The position numbers and the translations under genes were made by a program. A model generated the notes under the pieces. The model was not told where the DNA came from. It saw nothing but the letters and a program-made list of their open reading frames with translations, and did no database searches. A stretch of 64,000 nucleotides of DNA from a virus. The stretch is taken from the IMG/VR virus record IMGVR_UViG_3300031873_000004, positions 1 to 64,000 of that record, one strand, 5' to 3'. Positions 27,098 to 37,029 of this stretch are shown here, piece after piece; position 1 is the first letter of the stretch, and the number at the start of each line of letters is the position of its first letter.

Positions 27098-27453
27098 TGT
27101 CAAAGAACACGATCAACACATACATCGCATCGAGCCCGGTCTGGACGAGCACTCTCATCGTTCAAGGCACTCAGCGCATCAACGTATCCATCCGGTGCGG
27201 TAGTGTGGTGGCTGATCCCGTGCTCTCATACTTCTCAGGCATTGTCACGTTGCAGAGACAGTTTGGCGACGACGCTCTCGACTTCTGGCGCGATGTGGAG
27301 ATATGGAGCGTGACAAAGAGTGAGGGTATGGCCGGTAGCATTGAAGAGTGCACCACGATGCCGGAAGCCGAGACGGTAACATATAGGATTGGCGTGAAGA
27401 CAGGTGCTTATTACAGCGTGGGCTCGTGCAACGTAAGACTGGGGACAACATAG
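27097..27453 (+). CDS. Putative virion beta-sandwich protein, paralog of 28257..28613
   Basis: LQR...W.DV..W...YR...RLG. Confidence 0.65.
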   Translation: MSKNTINTYIASSPVWTSTLIVQGTQRINVSIRCGSVVADPVLSYFSGIVTLQRQFGDDALDFWRDVEIWSVTKSEGMAGSIEECTTMPEAETVTYRIGVKTGAYYSVGSCNVRLGTT

Positions 27454-28245
27454 ATGGGCGCGATTAAACTCACCAACAAACAAGGGCGTGTAATAAATCC
27501 GGCTACTGAAGAACCGTATTTATTCGCTATTGCCGAGGGTAAGATCCCCGGCCATTCAATTCTTTCTAAACGCGGTTATAGTCCTGCAAGTGCGGCGACT
27601 GAAACTACATTATGGAGTCCTGGCACGCAATATGTGTTTCCGACAGGAGCAACTGCGGTTGAAGCCGTAAGTTCAAGTGCAGTTGATTCAGACGCATTGG
27701 GCACTGGCGCTCGTACAGTGCATTTATTATATCTGGATACGAACTATGCTGAAAAAACATGGACATTCGTCATGAATGGAGTTACCCCTGTGGTTGGCCC
27801 CGTTGATTTCTTCAGATCAAATTCATTACATGTCGAGTCTGGAGTGAAAAATGTAGGTACTATCGACCTGCGATTGGTTGGTGGCGCGGCGACGATATAC
27901 AATCAAGTGCAGATTGGAGCTGTATCTTGTTTTTGCAGTGTTTATACAGTTCCTATAAACAAAACCTATTATGTTACGAGTGCTCATTTTTCAGCCGGAT
28001 ATAAAACAACCGGTAAAACCGTACGCATGACCATTCATGCGTCAGTGTCACCTGATGGTATCGTATCGACTTCAGGATTGCTATTTTGGCCGCACTTCGA
28101 GTCAATGTTGATGGATGATGATGTGTCAAGCGTCGGGCTTGAACCGTTTGCATTTCCAGAAAAGACTGACGTTAAGGTGTCAGTTGTTGGTGAAACATTA
28201 GCGCAATGCACCAGTCGTATTTCAGGCTGGATAGAAACTGAATAG
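27454..28245 (+). CDS. Hypothetical virion-associated protein
   Basis: GTGART, YTVP, PEKTD motifs typical of an uncultured-phage family. Confidence 0.6.
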   Translation: MGAIKLTNKQGRVINPATEEPYLFAIAEGKIPGHSILSKRGYSPASAATETTLWSPGTQYVFPTGATAVEAVSSSAVDSDALGTGARTVHLLYLDTNYAEKTWTFVMNGVTPVVGPVDFFRSNSLHVESGVKNVGTIDLRLVGGAATIYNQVQIGAVSCFCSVYTVPINKTYYVTSAHFSAGYKTTGKTVRMTIHASVSPDGIVSTSGLLFWPHFESMLMDDDVSSVGLEPFAFPEKTDVKVSVVGETLAQCTSRISGWIETE

Positions 28246-28256
28246 GAGATAACGAT

Positions 28257-28613
28257 ATGGCAACCAATCCACAGCAGACAATACTGACATCATTCGCAGC
28301 AGCGAGCGCATTGACAAGCACGATCAACGTGGCGGGACGCGGATACATTCACGCCCAGTTCCGCGCAGGCAGCGCAATCAGCAACCCATCGGTCGTACTC
28401 AGCACGATGAGCATGATCATTGCCTTGCAGCGCGAGTTGATAGGCGGCGAGGACAATATGTGGGTGGATGTGCAGACTTGGGCGGTTGCACTCACCGAGT
28501 CGTTGCCGGGAAGAGACCTTGTGTATCTGAGCGCAGAGCAGACCGCCAACTATCGCTTATATGTGAAGAACTATGGCAGCGGTATCTGTCAAGCTCGGCT
28601 CTGGGGAGGGTGA
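28257..28613 (+). CDS. Putative virion protein, paralog of 27097..27453
   Basis: Aligned by eye. Confidence 0.65.
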   Translation: MATNPQQTILTSFAAASALTSTINVAGRGYIHAQFRAGSAISNPSVVLSTMSMIIALQRELIGGEDNMWVDVQTWAVALTESLPGRDLVYLSAEQTANYRLYVKNYGSGICQARLWGG

Positions 28614-28615
28614 GG

Positions 28616-28897
28616 ATGGGAGATGATAAGGATTGCGTTGACCCGGAAGTCTGCATTGTGACTCATCGTGATCTTACGAGGAGGGTTGAAACCATGGAGA
28701 CTGCACAGGATGATTTGGAGAAAAAGTTTGACGGACATCTCAACAAACTTTATATGAAGATCGAGACCGAGACCCTCAACTTTGCGAACAAGGCAATTGA
28801 GGCGAGCCAGCGACCCGGATGGGCTACACTCACAATAGTGGCAGCCCTCAGCTCATTGAGCGTTGGCCTGATCGTCAAGATGGTGGGAGGACGCTAA
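28616..28897 (+). CDS. Coiled-coil protein with C-terminal TM helix (lysis-associated)
   Basis: Hydrophobic C-terminus; precedes the endolysin candidate. Confidence 0.6.
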   Translation: MGDDKDCVDPEVCIVTHRDLTRRVETMETAQDDLEKKFDGHLNKLYMKIETETLNFANKAIEASQRPGWATLTIVAALSSLSVGLIVKMVGGR

Positions 28898-29337
28898 TGC
28901 GGACAATCAATCTTGTTACCACATCATTCAACGATGATGGAACATACGGGGTGCTTATAGAGAATCGCATCCCGCTCAACTATCGAACATTGGAGCGCCC
29001 GTGGAAGGATAACGCGAAGGGGCTCAGCTGCATCCCTGAAGGGCGGTATATCGTCAAGCGTGAAGTCACGCCGAAGCACGGTCTTACTTGGCACGTGCTC
29101 GACGTTCCTGGTCGCGACATGATCCTCATCCACCCAGGCAACACCGAGAAGGATGTCGAGGGCTGCATTATGCTCGGCATCGAGTGCGGTTCAATGACGG
29201 CAGAGGATCCGGACACGGGCAAAACCGAGTATCAGCCAGCTGTGCTCAGGAGCAAAGAGGCGCAGAGCAATTTCGACTTCGCGTTTGCGAACGAGGACGA
29301 GTTCACGCTCAATGTGGTCAGGAGGAGCGCGATATGA
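28897..29337 (+). CDS. DUF5675-like putative endolysin (L,D-transpeptidase-like His/Cys motif)
   Basis: TLERPW, CIPEGRY, ILIHPGN...GCI. Confidence 0.75.
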   Translation: MRTINLVTTSFNDDGTYGVLIENRIPLNYRTLERPWKDNAKGLSCIPEGRYIVKREVTPKHGLTWHVLDVPGRDMILIHPGNTEKDVEGCIMLGIECGSMTAEDPDTGKTEYQPAVLRSKEAQSNFDFAFANEDEFTLNVVRRSAI

Positions 29338-29534
29338 CGCCACAATGGGAGTCCATTATCATCGTGCTCATGAGCTGCCTGGGCGCGTTTGTCATCGGCT
29401 TCGTCATCGGGTACGCGACGCGCGACGAGCTGGATCATCAGCGCAAAGAGGAAGAGCAAGCTGAGATATTCAATCAGATGCGCATCAAGCAACGCGACTA
29501 CGATGCAAAGAACGGTACGGGAGGGCGGGAGTAA
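29334..29534 (+). CDS. Small single-TM protein
   Basis: N-terminal hydrophobic helix. Confidence 0.55.
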   Translation: MTPQWESIIIVLMSCLGAFVIGFVIGYATRDELDHQRKEEEQAEIFNQMRIKQRDYDAKNGTGGRE

Positions 29535-30031
29535 TGGCGATATGGGCGACAGTAGCGGGCCTGTTCACGGGCGGCATCGACAAGACCATCACGGCTCTGG
29601 GCGACGCGATTGACAAGAACGTCACCAGCGACGAGGAGCGCGGCAAGCTCAAGAACGAGCTGGTGCAGATAGCAGCTACCGCCAAGAAGGACGCGCAGGA
29701 CTTCGAGCTGAAGGTGAAGGAGCTGGAAGTCAAGCAAGGCGAGACCACGCAGAAGGATCGAGACAGCGCCCACAATCGCGAGATTGAGCTGGCCAAACTC
29801 GGACGCAAGAACTACATCATGCTCACCCTCGCGGTGCTCGCTATATCAGGCATGGGCTGGCTCACGTGGTTCGTCTTTCACAACGACATCCGCGAGCGCG
29901 AGATTGCCTTCCTCATCATAGGTATGGTCATCGGTATCGTCAAGGACATCTATGGGTACTATTATGGATCGTCAGCGGGCAGCGCAGCCAATGCGGCAGC
30001 GGTGCGCATCGTGACGAAGGAGAGCAAATAA
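29534..30031 (+). CDS. Holin-like protein
   Basis: TSDEER coil, DRDSA..RE, two TM helices, YYYGSS. Confidence 0.75.
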   Translation: MAIWATVAGLFTGGIDKTITALGDAIDKNVTSDEERGKLKNELVQIAATAKKDAQDFELKVKELEVKQGETTQKDRDSAHNREIELAKLGRKNYIMLTLAVLAISGMGWLTWFVFHNDIREREIAFLIIGMVIGIVKDIYGYYYGSSAGSAANAAAVRIVTKESK

Positions 30032-30438
30032 TGTATCTCGAAGGCGCGTATGTTTATGGGAACTGGGCGACGGCGACGATAACGCTGGACAATCTCGCCA
30101 ATGCCAGCATCGCCACCAGCGCCGCAGTGAACTTCGCGGGCGCGTTCGGCATCGAAGTTGAGAGCGTCATCTCAGGCACGGCTGCTGCGACGGCATATTT
30201 GAACGTGGCTGTGGAGCGCGTAGGATCCGATGGGGTGACCGCGAGCGCATACGAGAACGCGGCTGTCAGCAAGCCGCAATTCTTCAGCGCCACGCCCAAT
30301 GTATTCGTTCGCTATTTTGAAGGCCCGTTCGCCATCGTCAAGTTTGCGGTCGAGAACAAGACGGGCGCAGCATTAAGTGCGGTCGGTAACACGCTGAAGT
30401 ATCGCACAGTGACTCCGAGAAACACGGTGACTGCTTGA
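30031..30438 (+). CDS. Putative virion decoration protein
   Basis: TITLDNLAN, VENKTGAAL motifs. Confidence 0.6.
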   Translation: MYLEGAYVYGNWATATITLDNLANASIATSAAVNFAGAFGIEVESVISGTAAATAYLNVAVERVGSDGVTASAYENAAVSKPQFFSATPNVFVRYFEGPFAIVKFAVENKTGAALSAVGNTLKYRTVTPRNTVTA

Positions 30439-31268
30439 TTGATCCGAGTCGTGGCATAAAAGGTTTCTTTCCGAAAGGAGTAGCTTACTGGGCGCTCGAT
30501 GGGACGCCAGCAGGGTTGGTTGACCAGTATGGAAATGGGAGCAACGCGGCTACGGCGGGAGTGTCCAGTAAACCGTCTATAATTCATAACGGAGGATCGT
30601 CTGGCTATGCGTTCGATAATGACGTAACCAAGATTATCACGTTGCCATACAACATACTAATGAATAGTCCACAAGTAACAGTTATATCGTGGGCGATTCC
30701 GTCATATGCTACAGGATTAACTGAGATACTGCTATGCAAGTTTAGGAATACAACGACTGGGAACGCCTACAGATTAGCTTTCTTACCACCGAATAATGTT
30801 ACGTTTCAAACGACAAATTTGGATGGCGCGGTGAATGTGCTGAACTCAGCGACGGCTATAAATGGTCGTGGTAAAACGAATAATAAGCCAACTTGTTTTA
30901 TTGGAACACTTGATGTAAATCTGAAGTTGACACTATATATAAATGGCGATGTAGTAGCTGAGGCACAGTCGTTAGCAGGATATATAAAGACGAACAACGA
31001 CGCTGCTATAGGTAGATTGTTGGGTTCAACGCAACCATTCAACGGTATCATTGGAGAGTCGGCAATACTCTCATACGCCATCACATCTCAGCAAGCAGCA
31101 GATTATTATAAGTACGCAACCGAGACGCCCGTCAAGTATTGGTTCTTTGGCGACAGCTTGAACCTCATAGCGCAACGAGTCAACGAGAGTGCCGGCATTG
31201 TCGACTCAGGACTTCGAGGGATACCGCAACCAAAGATGAATGTGCCGCGTCGAGTGTTCACGCGATAA
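30435..31268 (+). CDS. LamG/concanavalin A-like domain protein
   Basis: AYWALD, LYING, IG...FNG.I.E. Confidence 0.75.
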   Translation: MIDPSRGIKGFFPKGVAYWALDGTPAGLVDQYGNGSNAATAGVSSKPSIIHNGGSSGYAFDNDVTKIITLPYNILMNSPQVTVISWAIPSYATGLTEILLCKFRNTTTGNAYRLAFLPPNNVTFQTTNLDGAVNVLNSATAINGRGKTNNKPTCFIGTLDVNLKLTLYINGDVVAEAQSLAGYIKTNNDAAIGRLLGSTQPFNGIIGESAILSYAITSQQAADYYKYATETPVKYWFFGDSLNLIAQRVNESAGIVDSGLRGIPQPKMNVPRRVFTR

Positions 31269-31278
31269 GGATAATATA

Positions 31279-31704
31279 ATGGACATTGTAGCATTACGAA
31301 CAGAGCTGCAACAGGATCCGAAGACACTCGGCTATGCCGCGCACATCACGAGCGGGAACGACCAGGCGATCACCGACATTCTGAACACCACGGGAGCGAC
31401 CAGCGAGGTCTTGCTGCGCGAGGCTGTCGACGCGCGTGAAATCGTGCAGTGCTTCGTGTACAGCGAATGGCTCGCACTCACAGCTGATCAGAAGGCGTAT
31501 ATCAACATGGCCATCGGGGCGGGTACTGTCGATTCATCGAACGCGAACATCGGCGTGGCGTTCGGCACGATATTCGGTGCAGGCACGCAGACGATCCTGA
31601 ACCTGGTGGCGATGGCGACGCGCCCTGCATCGCGTGCGGAGGTTGTACTCGGACGGGGTGTTAGTGTCTCAGCTACCGACATAGCGCACGCGTTGAGAGG
31701 ATAA
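31279..31704 (+). CDS. Hypothetical virion protein (EL..DP..LGY...SRAE)
   Basis: Family motif typical of this gene neighbourhood. Confidence 0.65.
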   Translation: MDIVALRTELQQDPKTLGYAAHITSGNDQAITDILNTTGATSEVLLREAVDAREIVQCFVYSEWLALTADQKAYINMAIGAGTVDSSNANIGVAFGTIFGAGTQTILNLVAMATRPASRAEVVLGRGVSVSATDIAHALRG

Positions 31705-31705
31705 C

Positions 31706-32103
31706 ATGGCACTTACTTACGGGGCACGCACAGCGATAACCATTGCGCTCGACAACCTGGCGAACGCGGGGTCGGCAACAGGCAACAAGTAACGAAGTGA
31801 GCAATGCCTTCACGCTCGCCGACGACTATCTCATCGAGGCGAACATTGCAGGCACCGCAGCGGCAGCAGCCTGGATCGAGTTGCGCCTGCTCGTGAGTGA
31901 AGACAGCGCGAGCAGTGGTGTACCCGTCAACGACCACGTGGATGTGCGTGCTCGATAATACCGTCGATGGAGACAACCCAGCAACCGTTACGGCGACGAC
32001 TATTGGCGGGGTGACGACGATCCGGGTAATAATTCGTCAGTGTAATAACGTGCCGCCGTTTGCGCCGAGCATGGGTGTTGGGCGAAGGGTGTTAATGCGA
32101 TGA
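31706..32103 (+). pseudogene. Frameshifted, truncated paralog of 30031..30438 fused to the 3' remnant of another gene
   Basis: 7-bp duplication GGCAACA at 31774-31787; second frame break near 31915. Confidence 0.7.
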
Positions 32104-32252
32104 TACAGGACAGCTCATGGTGGCCGGTTAAAATTGAGTGGTTCGCTGCGGGGTGGTGGCCAGGACAAATTCAACCGCTCGCCGATCCGCTCGTGGGCAA
32201 ACGTCGAGCACTACAGACAAGCACGGAACGCATCGTGCTGGAATGGGTATAG
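32100..32252 (+). CDS. Small Trp-rich protein (50 aa)
   Basis: Hand-translated MIQDSSWWPVKIEWFAAGWWPG...; ATGA overlap. Confidence 0.5.
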   Translation: MIQDSSWWPVKIEWFAAGWWPGQIQPLADPLVGKRRALQTSTERIVLEWV

Positions 32253-32253
32253 C

Positions 32254-33345
32254 ATGAGCAAGAGTTATACAGGACTGGCGGCAACGATAGGCGCTCATCG
32301 GCAGGTCGACCACGCCGGAGTTGAGACGATTGTGGCGCTCACGACGACAGGCGGGACAGTCACCGCACCAGCAACGACCGCATCGTTCTTGGTCAATGGC
32401 GCGGTCATTGCGCTGCCTGTTGCTGGAATAACGACCCACGCAATTACCGATGACGTGCCCAACTATGTGGTCATCTCGTACAATGGTGGATCGCCCACGT
32501 TCGATGTCATCACCGACGAGACGCTCATCGACTCAGCACTCATTCTCCCGTACGGCGAAGTGTTCAAGCGAGCGGGCAGCAGTTCAGTTCATACGCAGCT
32601 CAGTCCGCTTCGCGCTCATGGTGAGTTGGAGATGTCGCATCGAAGACTCATTGAAGCTGATAGATATGCTCACGACACTTCGGTATTGCTCAATTTCAGT
32701 GTCGATACGGGACTCAATATTCATCTGGATGGTGGAGAAGTATGGACAGGTACATATGAGTATTTGCTCTCCGCAATAACCGTAGACACGCGGTTATTCT
32801 CATGCCTGTATTATGGTGGTGTTTGGAATTATTCGAGCGGTAAAGGCATGGCGTCATCGCCGCTGGTATTCACTCAAGACGTCAATACGATTGTGCGCGC
32901 TGCAGGAGGCTTTGTTGCAGGTGGTGTGGTCAACGGCACGAAGTTCAAGACGAACAGTGCGATTAATCCAGGACCGTTCACAGTACAATCATTTAACGAT
33001 ACAACCATCACTACTGTCGAAGCTCTTGTGAATGAGACCGCTAGCAAGAGTATAACATTTTGGCCACAACTCGACAATTTGCACTATAATGACATAGCTG
33101 CTGGTGATGGTATAGGGACGTTGGGCGGTGGTGCATTTGGCATCGTGTACATTTGGCGCGGGGTGGAGAATGAGGATCATATGTATTTCATGCTCGCAAC
33201 GACATCTTATGCAAATTTAATTGATGCTCGTGCGGCTGTGACACCAACGAGTCTCCCGCCACTTGCAACATCTCACGCAATATTAGTGGGACGCATAATA
33301 GTTGAGCAAGGCCATACGACAGCAGTTGTTGAGTATTTGAATTAG
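32254..33345 (+). CDS. Hypothetical structural protein
   Basis: Beta-rich; C-terminal LVGRIIV. Confidence 0.6.
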   Translation: MSKSYTGLAATIGAHRQVDHAGVETIVALTTTGGTVTAPATTASFLVNGAVIALPVAGITTHAITDDVPNYVVISYNGGSPTFDVITDETLIDSALILPYGEVFKRAGSSSVHTQLSPLRAHGELEMSHRRLIEADRYAHDTSVLLNFSVDTGLNIHLDGGEVWTGTYEYLLSAITVDTRLFSCLYYGGVWNYSSGKGMASSPLVFTQDVNTIVRAAGGFVAGGVVNGTKFKTNSAINPGPFTVQSFNDTTITTVEALVNETASKSITFWPQLDNLHYNDIAAGDGIGTLGGGAFGIVYIWRGVENEDHMYFMLATTSYANLIDARAAVTPTSLPPLATSHAILVGRIIVEQGHTTAVVEYLN

Positions 33346-33353
33346 GAGACATC

Positions 33354-33821
33354 ATGGCAAGCAAGCCTTATAGTGTAGCGAGTCGCCCTGGAGCAAGTGC
33401 ATACGTGATCACCCGCCGCCGATCTGATGGATGGTTAGTGGGAAGCGATGGTGTGTTCTCAGCAGCACCAGCTACTCCGTACCTCGTGTTAACCGAGCAC
33501 GCAGTCATCAAGGGATTGTACGAGCGTGCCGAAGTTCAGGCCGTGTGGGCAAATTGCGAAGTAACTAATTTTTATTATGCACAAGCCGGAGCTACTCCTA
33601 ACCCTGCGAACGATGTTATCATTGCGACTGAGGATTGGGCGATTAACAACGACACCGCTAACGACCACATAAAGATTGTTGCGGCAACGCTCGCAGGCAA
33701 GAGCAGCGGCGCAGGCACAGTGCTCATCACCTATCGCGATTTGTCCGACACGCGTGATGCGGTCATAGGTGTGGTTGACGTTCTTGGCAATAGGACAGCG
33801 GTCACTCTGGGAGGCGTGTAA
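33354..33821 (+). CDS. Hypothetical structural protein
   Basis: LAGKSSGAGT...GNRTAV family C-terminus; AGGAG RBS. Confidence 0.6.
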   Translation: MASKPYSVASRPGASAYVITRRRSDGWLVGSDGVFSAAPATPYLVLTEHAVIKGLYERAEVQAVWANCEVTNFYYAQAGATPNPANDVIIATEDWAINNDTANDHIKIVAATLAGKSSGAGTVLITYRDLSDTRDAVIGVVDVLGNRTAVTLGGV

Positions 33822-34156
33822 TGGGCGCAACCGGATCAGCAACTGTAAGTTTCAACGGCAACGGTCTCGCATTCGATAGATCATTCAGTACATCGTTCGC
33901 GAACCCATACACATACGACTCGTGCCCAACAGTCGACGTTACGGGTCAAGCGGCAATTCTGGCGGGTAGCGATGTTGAGGCGTGGATCATGGGAGCAGAC
34001 AGTACCGCAGACAACTCAACCGAGGCACATGCACTTGCAGCTCTCATCGTCCAGCCTACAATTGTGACTGTCGCCGCTGGAGTAGGCTTCACAATACGGG
34101 CGATGAGCGAGGGCGCACTGCTCGGCACATTCAAAATTCGATGGGTTTGGAATTAA
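33821..34156 (+). CDS. Hypothetical structural protein
   Basis: GVGFTI...G.F.IRWVW. Confidence 0.6.
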   Translation: MGATGSATVSFNGNGLAFDRSFSTSFANPYTYDSCPTVDVTGQAAILAGSDVEAWIMGADSTADNSTEAHALAALIVQPTIVTVAAGVGFTIRAMSEGALLGTFKIRWVWN

Positions 34157-34168
34157 GGGAGGTATGAT

Positions 34169-35635
34169 ATGTCAGGAGTAAAAATAGCAGGCACAAGTGG
34201 ACGCGAAGCAGAAGTCGATTTGAACAATCAGCTGGTAGCAACCGGCCCGTTGGATAATACCAAGGCTGGCTTTGCTGTGCTGGCGTTAGAACGTGATGCA
34301 GGAACCATCACAGGTACGAGGTATATGATGACTCCGCGCACGAGTGAGAATCATCGCCTGCGCGTAGGCATGGATGCTTTGCTTGACGATGAGCGATTCA
34401 TCTACGCTGCGCAGAACACCGGCAAGCACAAAATTTCAAACACGACGATGACCGTGACCTACGGTGGAGGCTTCATGACCACCAATGGCGGCGGCATTAC
34501 AACCGTAACCACAGGTATACTGTGGCAGACATACAAGCACTTCCCGCTTTATCAGATGAGTTCGCTGTGGGCTGAGATCGAGTGTGCCTTCACGAATACA
34601 TGGGTCACGAACACCACAATTGACATAGGCTTCTTCCTAGCTCCTGTGGCACTCCCGAATGCACCCACAGACGGTGTGTATTTTCGAGTGACGAGTGCTG
34701 GAATGCAGGGTGTTACGAATGTCAATGGAGCTGAACAGACTTCAGGGGTGTTCCCATTCACACCAGTTCTCAATCAGGTATACAACTTCCGTATCGTGAT
34801 GCACGATGCTGAGGTGGAGTTCTGGATCAACGATGTGATGTACGCCGAAATCGCCCGACCGGCGGCAGAAGGCAACCCGTTCCGCTCGGCGGTCGCACCC
34901 TTCGCCATTCGCCATCAAATCATCGGCGGCGCAGCGAGTGCAGCACTGAGCGTGAAGGTGGCAGGATATGCGGTCGCGTTGCAAGACGTGGGTGGAGCAA
35001 AACCGTGGCGCGAGCAGCTTGCAGGCAGCGGATACTTCGGATGGAATCCGCAGCCAGGTCATACCAATGCGCTTGCGCAAGGCACGAACGCATATTATCC
35101 GGTGAGCGCTGTACCTATTTCAGTCACAACGCCTACAGCCACAACGATTGCAGGCCCGTCCGGTCTCGGCGGCTTATATATGACCCCTGCATCGGCACTA
35201 GCCATCGGTACAGACTACACCATTATGGGCTATCAGAACCCTGTGCCAACAAGTCTCATTACAGGTCGCACATTCCATTGCACTGGCATAGGGCTGGATA
35301 CAATGTTTAACAGTCTTGCAGCCGGTTCAGTATTGAGCGCGGGCGGATACGTCATGGCATATGCACTCGGCATGGGAGGTTGGTCAATCACACTGAATCT
35401 TGCTGATGCATCTGCGATGAAGGCGTATCGTCGTATGCCGATCGGCTTCCAGAACTTCCCGTCTGGCACGATTGCAGGCACGGTAGGATCGCCTGCTGGG
35501 TTATACAAGCCCATCGATCCGCCTATCCCGCTGAACCCTGGTGAGTGGGCAGTGGTAATGATGAAGCCTCTCAACTATACAACGCAGCAAGGTAGCATCT
35601 GGCACAGCATCTTCGTCAATGGATTCTGGGAGTAA
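34169..35635 (+). CDS. Lectin-like (ConA-type) virion protein
   Basis: YNFRI...VEFWIND; beta-rich. Confidence 0.6.
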   Translation: MSGVKIAGTSGREAEVDLNNQLVATGPLDNTKAGFAVLALERDAGTITGTRYMMTPRTSENHRLRVGMDALLDDERFIYAAQNTGKHKISNTTMTVTYGGGFMTTNGGGITTVTTGILWQTYKHFPLYQMSSLWAEIECAFTNTWVTNTTIDIGFFLAPVALPNAPTDGVYFRVTSAGMQGVTNVNGAEQTSGVFPFTPVLNQVYNFRIVMHDAEVEFWINDVMYAEIARPAAEGNPFRSAVAPFAIRHQIIGGAASAALSVKVAGYAVALQDVGGAKPWREQLAGSGYFGWNPQPGHTNALAQGTNAYYPVSAVPISVTTPTATTIAGPSGLGGLYMTPASALAIGTDYTIMGYQNPVPTSLITGRTFHCTGIGLDTMFNSLAAGSVLSAGGYVMAYALGMGGWSITLNLADASAMKAYRRMPIGFQNFPSGTIAGTVGSPAGLYKPIDPPIPLNPGEWAVVMMKPLNYTTQQGSIWHSIFVNGFWE

Positions 35636-35639
35636 TTGA

Positions 35640-36785
35640 TTGAGTTTACTGCTTTCAAGATTAACACCAGCACCTCCGGCAGTCGTCAAGCTCATCAATG
35701 AGACCTTGCGGCTGACGGAGACTATGTCTTACATCAAGACAGGAGGTCTTGCTCTCAAGAAGATCCTTGCCGAGTCGCTAGTGTTTGTCGAAGCGCGATT
35801 CAAACCTATGGTCTTGCGAAGATCCTTTGCAGAGAGCATGGCGTTGAGCGAAGCAACGTATAGACCGCGAACCCTCCGTCGGTCAATCGCGGAGACGCTT
35901 CCTCATAGTGAAGCGACGAGGATTGTTCGTACGCTCAGACGGTTGATATCCGAAACCTTGCCGCATAGCGAGACAACACGGACCCCTCGCACTCTTCGGA
36001 GAATCATCACGGAGACGTTACCTCATAGCGAGACTGTACGGGCAGTTCGTGCAATGGTGCGCAAGATTGCGGAGACATTACAGATAACCGATGCATTGGT
36101 ATATGTGAAAGCAATTGTTGCGCTCGTACTCATCAAGATACTGAGCGAGGCGCTAAGTTTGACCGAGGCAACTCGCAGAGTGTTTACGTTGCGTAGATAT
36201 ATAGCCGAGACCTTGCCGCACAGCGAGACGTTACGCAGACCGATGACAATGCGCAGAGCTGTTGCAGATACATTACAGCTCGTGGATGCTACTCGCACGA
36301 CATTACAGCGCCTGCTCAAGAAAATTCTAACTGAGTCGCTGGCTTTTGTTGAGACTACACGACGAGTGTTCACTTTACGACGCATCGTTGCTGAGATATT
36401 ACCTCACAGCGAGAGCATCATCAAGGCAATGACGATTCGACGCAAGATTGCCGAGAGTTTACAGTTCGTCGAGACTCGAATGACGGTGCGAACCTTGCGG
36501 AGAACTATCGCAGAGACGTTGCGATTGACAGATGTATCCTCTCGTATGCGTAGATTGTTTAAAATTGTGAGCGAGACGCTTCGTGTAACTGAAACAATCT
36601 CATATTGGCAAGCAATTGTCGGTAGCATTCTTGTAAAGGTGATTAACGAAGCTGTTGATGTGCGAGATGGATTGGTGTTTTTTAAGATTGCAGCAGCCTA
36701 TCAGCTCCGCACAATGTGGAATGATACCAGCTCGAGGGTGATGACTTTTATTGAGAAGAGGAGGCAATTCGATGTCGACAAGTAA
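35640..36785 (+). CDS. Arg-rich 20-aa tandem-repeat protein
   Basis: RRxIAETLPHSE repeats with 60-bp period (35901, 35961, 36021). Confidence 0.8.
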   Translation: MSLLLSRLTPAPPAVVKLINETLRLTETMSYIKTGGLALKKILAESLVFVEARFKPMVLRRSFAESMALSEATYRPRTLRRSIAETLPHSEATRIVRTLRRLISETLPHSETTRTPRTLRRIITETLPHSETVRAVRAMVRKIAETLQITDALVYVKAIVALVLIKILSEALSLTEATRRVFTLRRYIAETLPHSETLRRPMTMRRAVADTLQLVDATRTTLQRLLKKILTESLAFVETTRRVFTLRRIVAEILPHSESIIKAMTIRRKIAESLQFVETRMTVRTLRRTIAETLRLTDVSSRMRRLFKIVSETLRVTETISYWQAIVGSILVKVINEAVDVRDGLVFFKIAAAYQLRTMWNDTSSRVMTFIEKRRQFDVDK

Positions 36786-36923
36786 CGGACCTGACGATCG
36801 CTTGGGTGGTCGAGAAACGGTGAGTGCTATACTCACACGAGTATCGGATGGCAAAAAGACCGTGATTGCCGAAAAGCGAGGTGTGAAAGAGGCTATAAAG
36901 GCGTTTGTACGACGCGTAGAGCC

Positions 36924-36994
36924 GCTTTTTACGCGTTTTTAAGCCGAGGATGAGGCTTTCTATGGGCTGGAATAAAGAAACGCCTTAAAACGCG
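36924..36994 (+). repeat. 71-bp dispersed element, copy B
   Basis: Same blocks and the same N17/N19 spacing. Confidence 0.85.
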
Positions 36995-37029
36995 TTTATT
37001 CGATTATAATGCAAAACAGGAGGGCTCAA

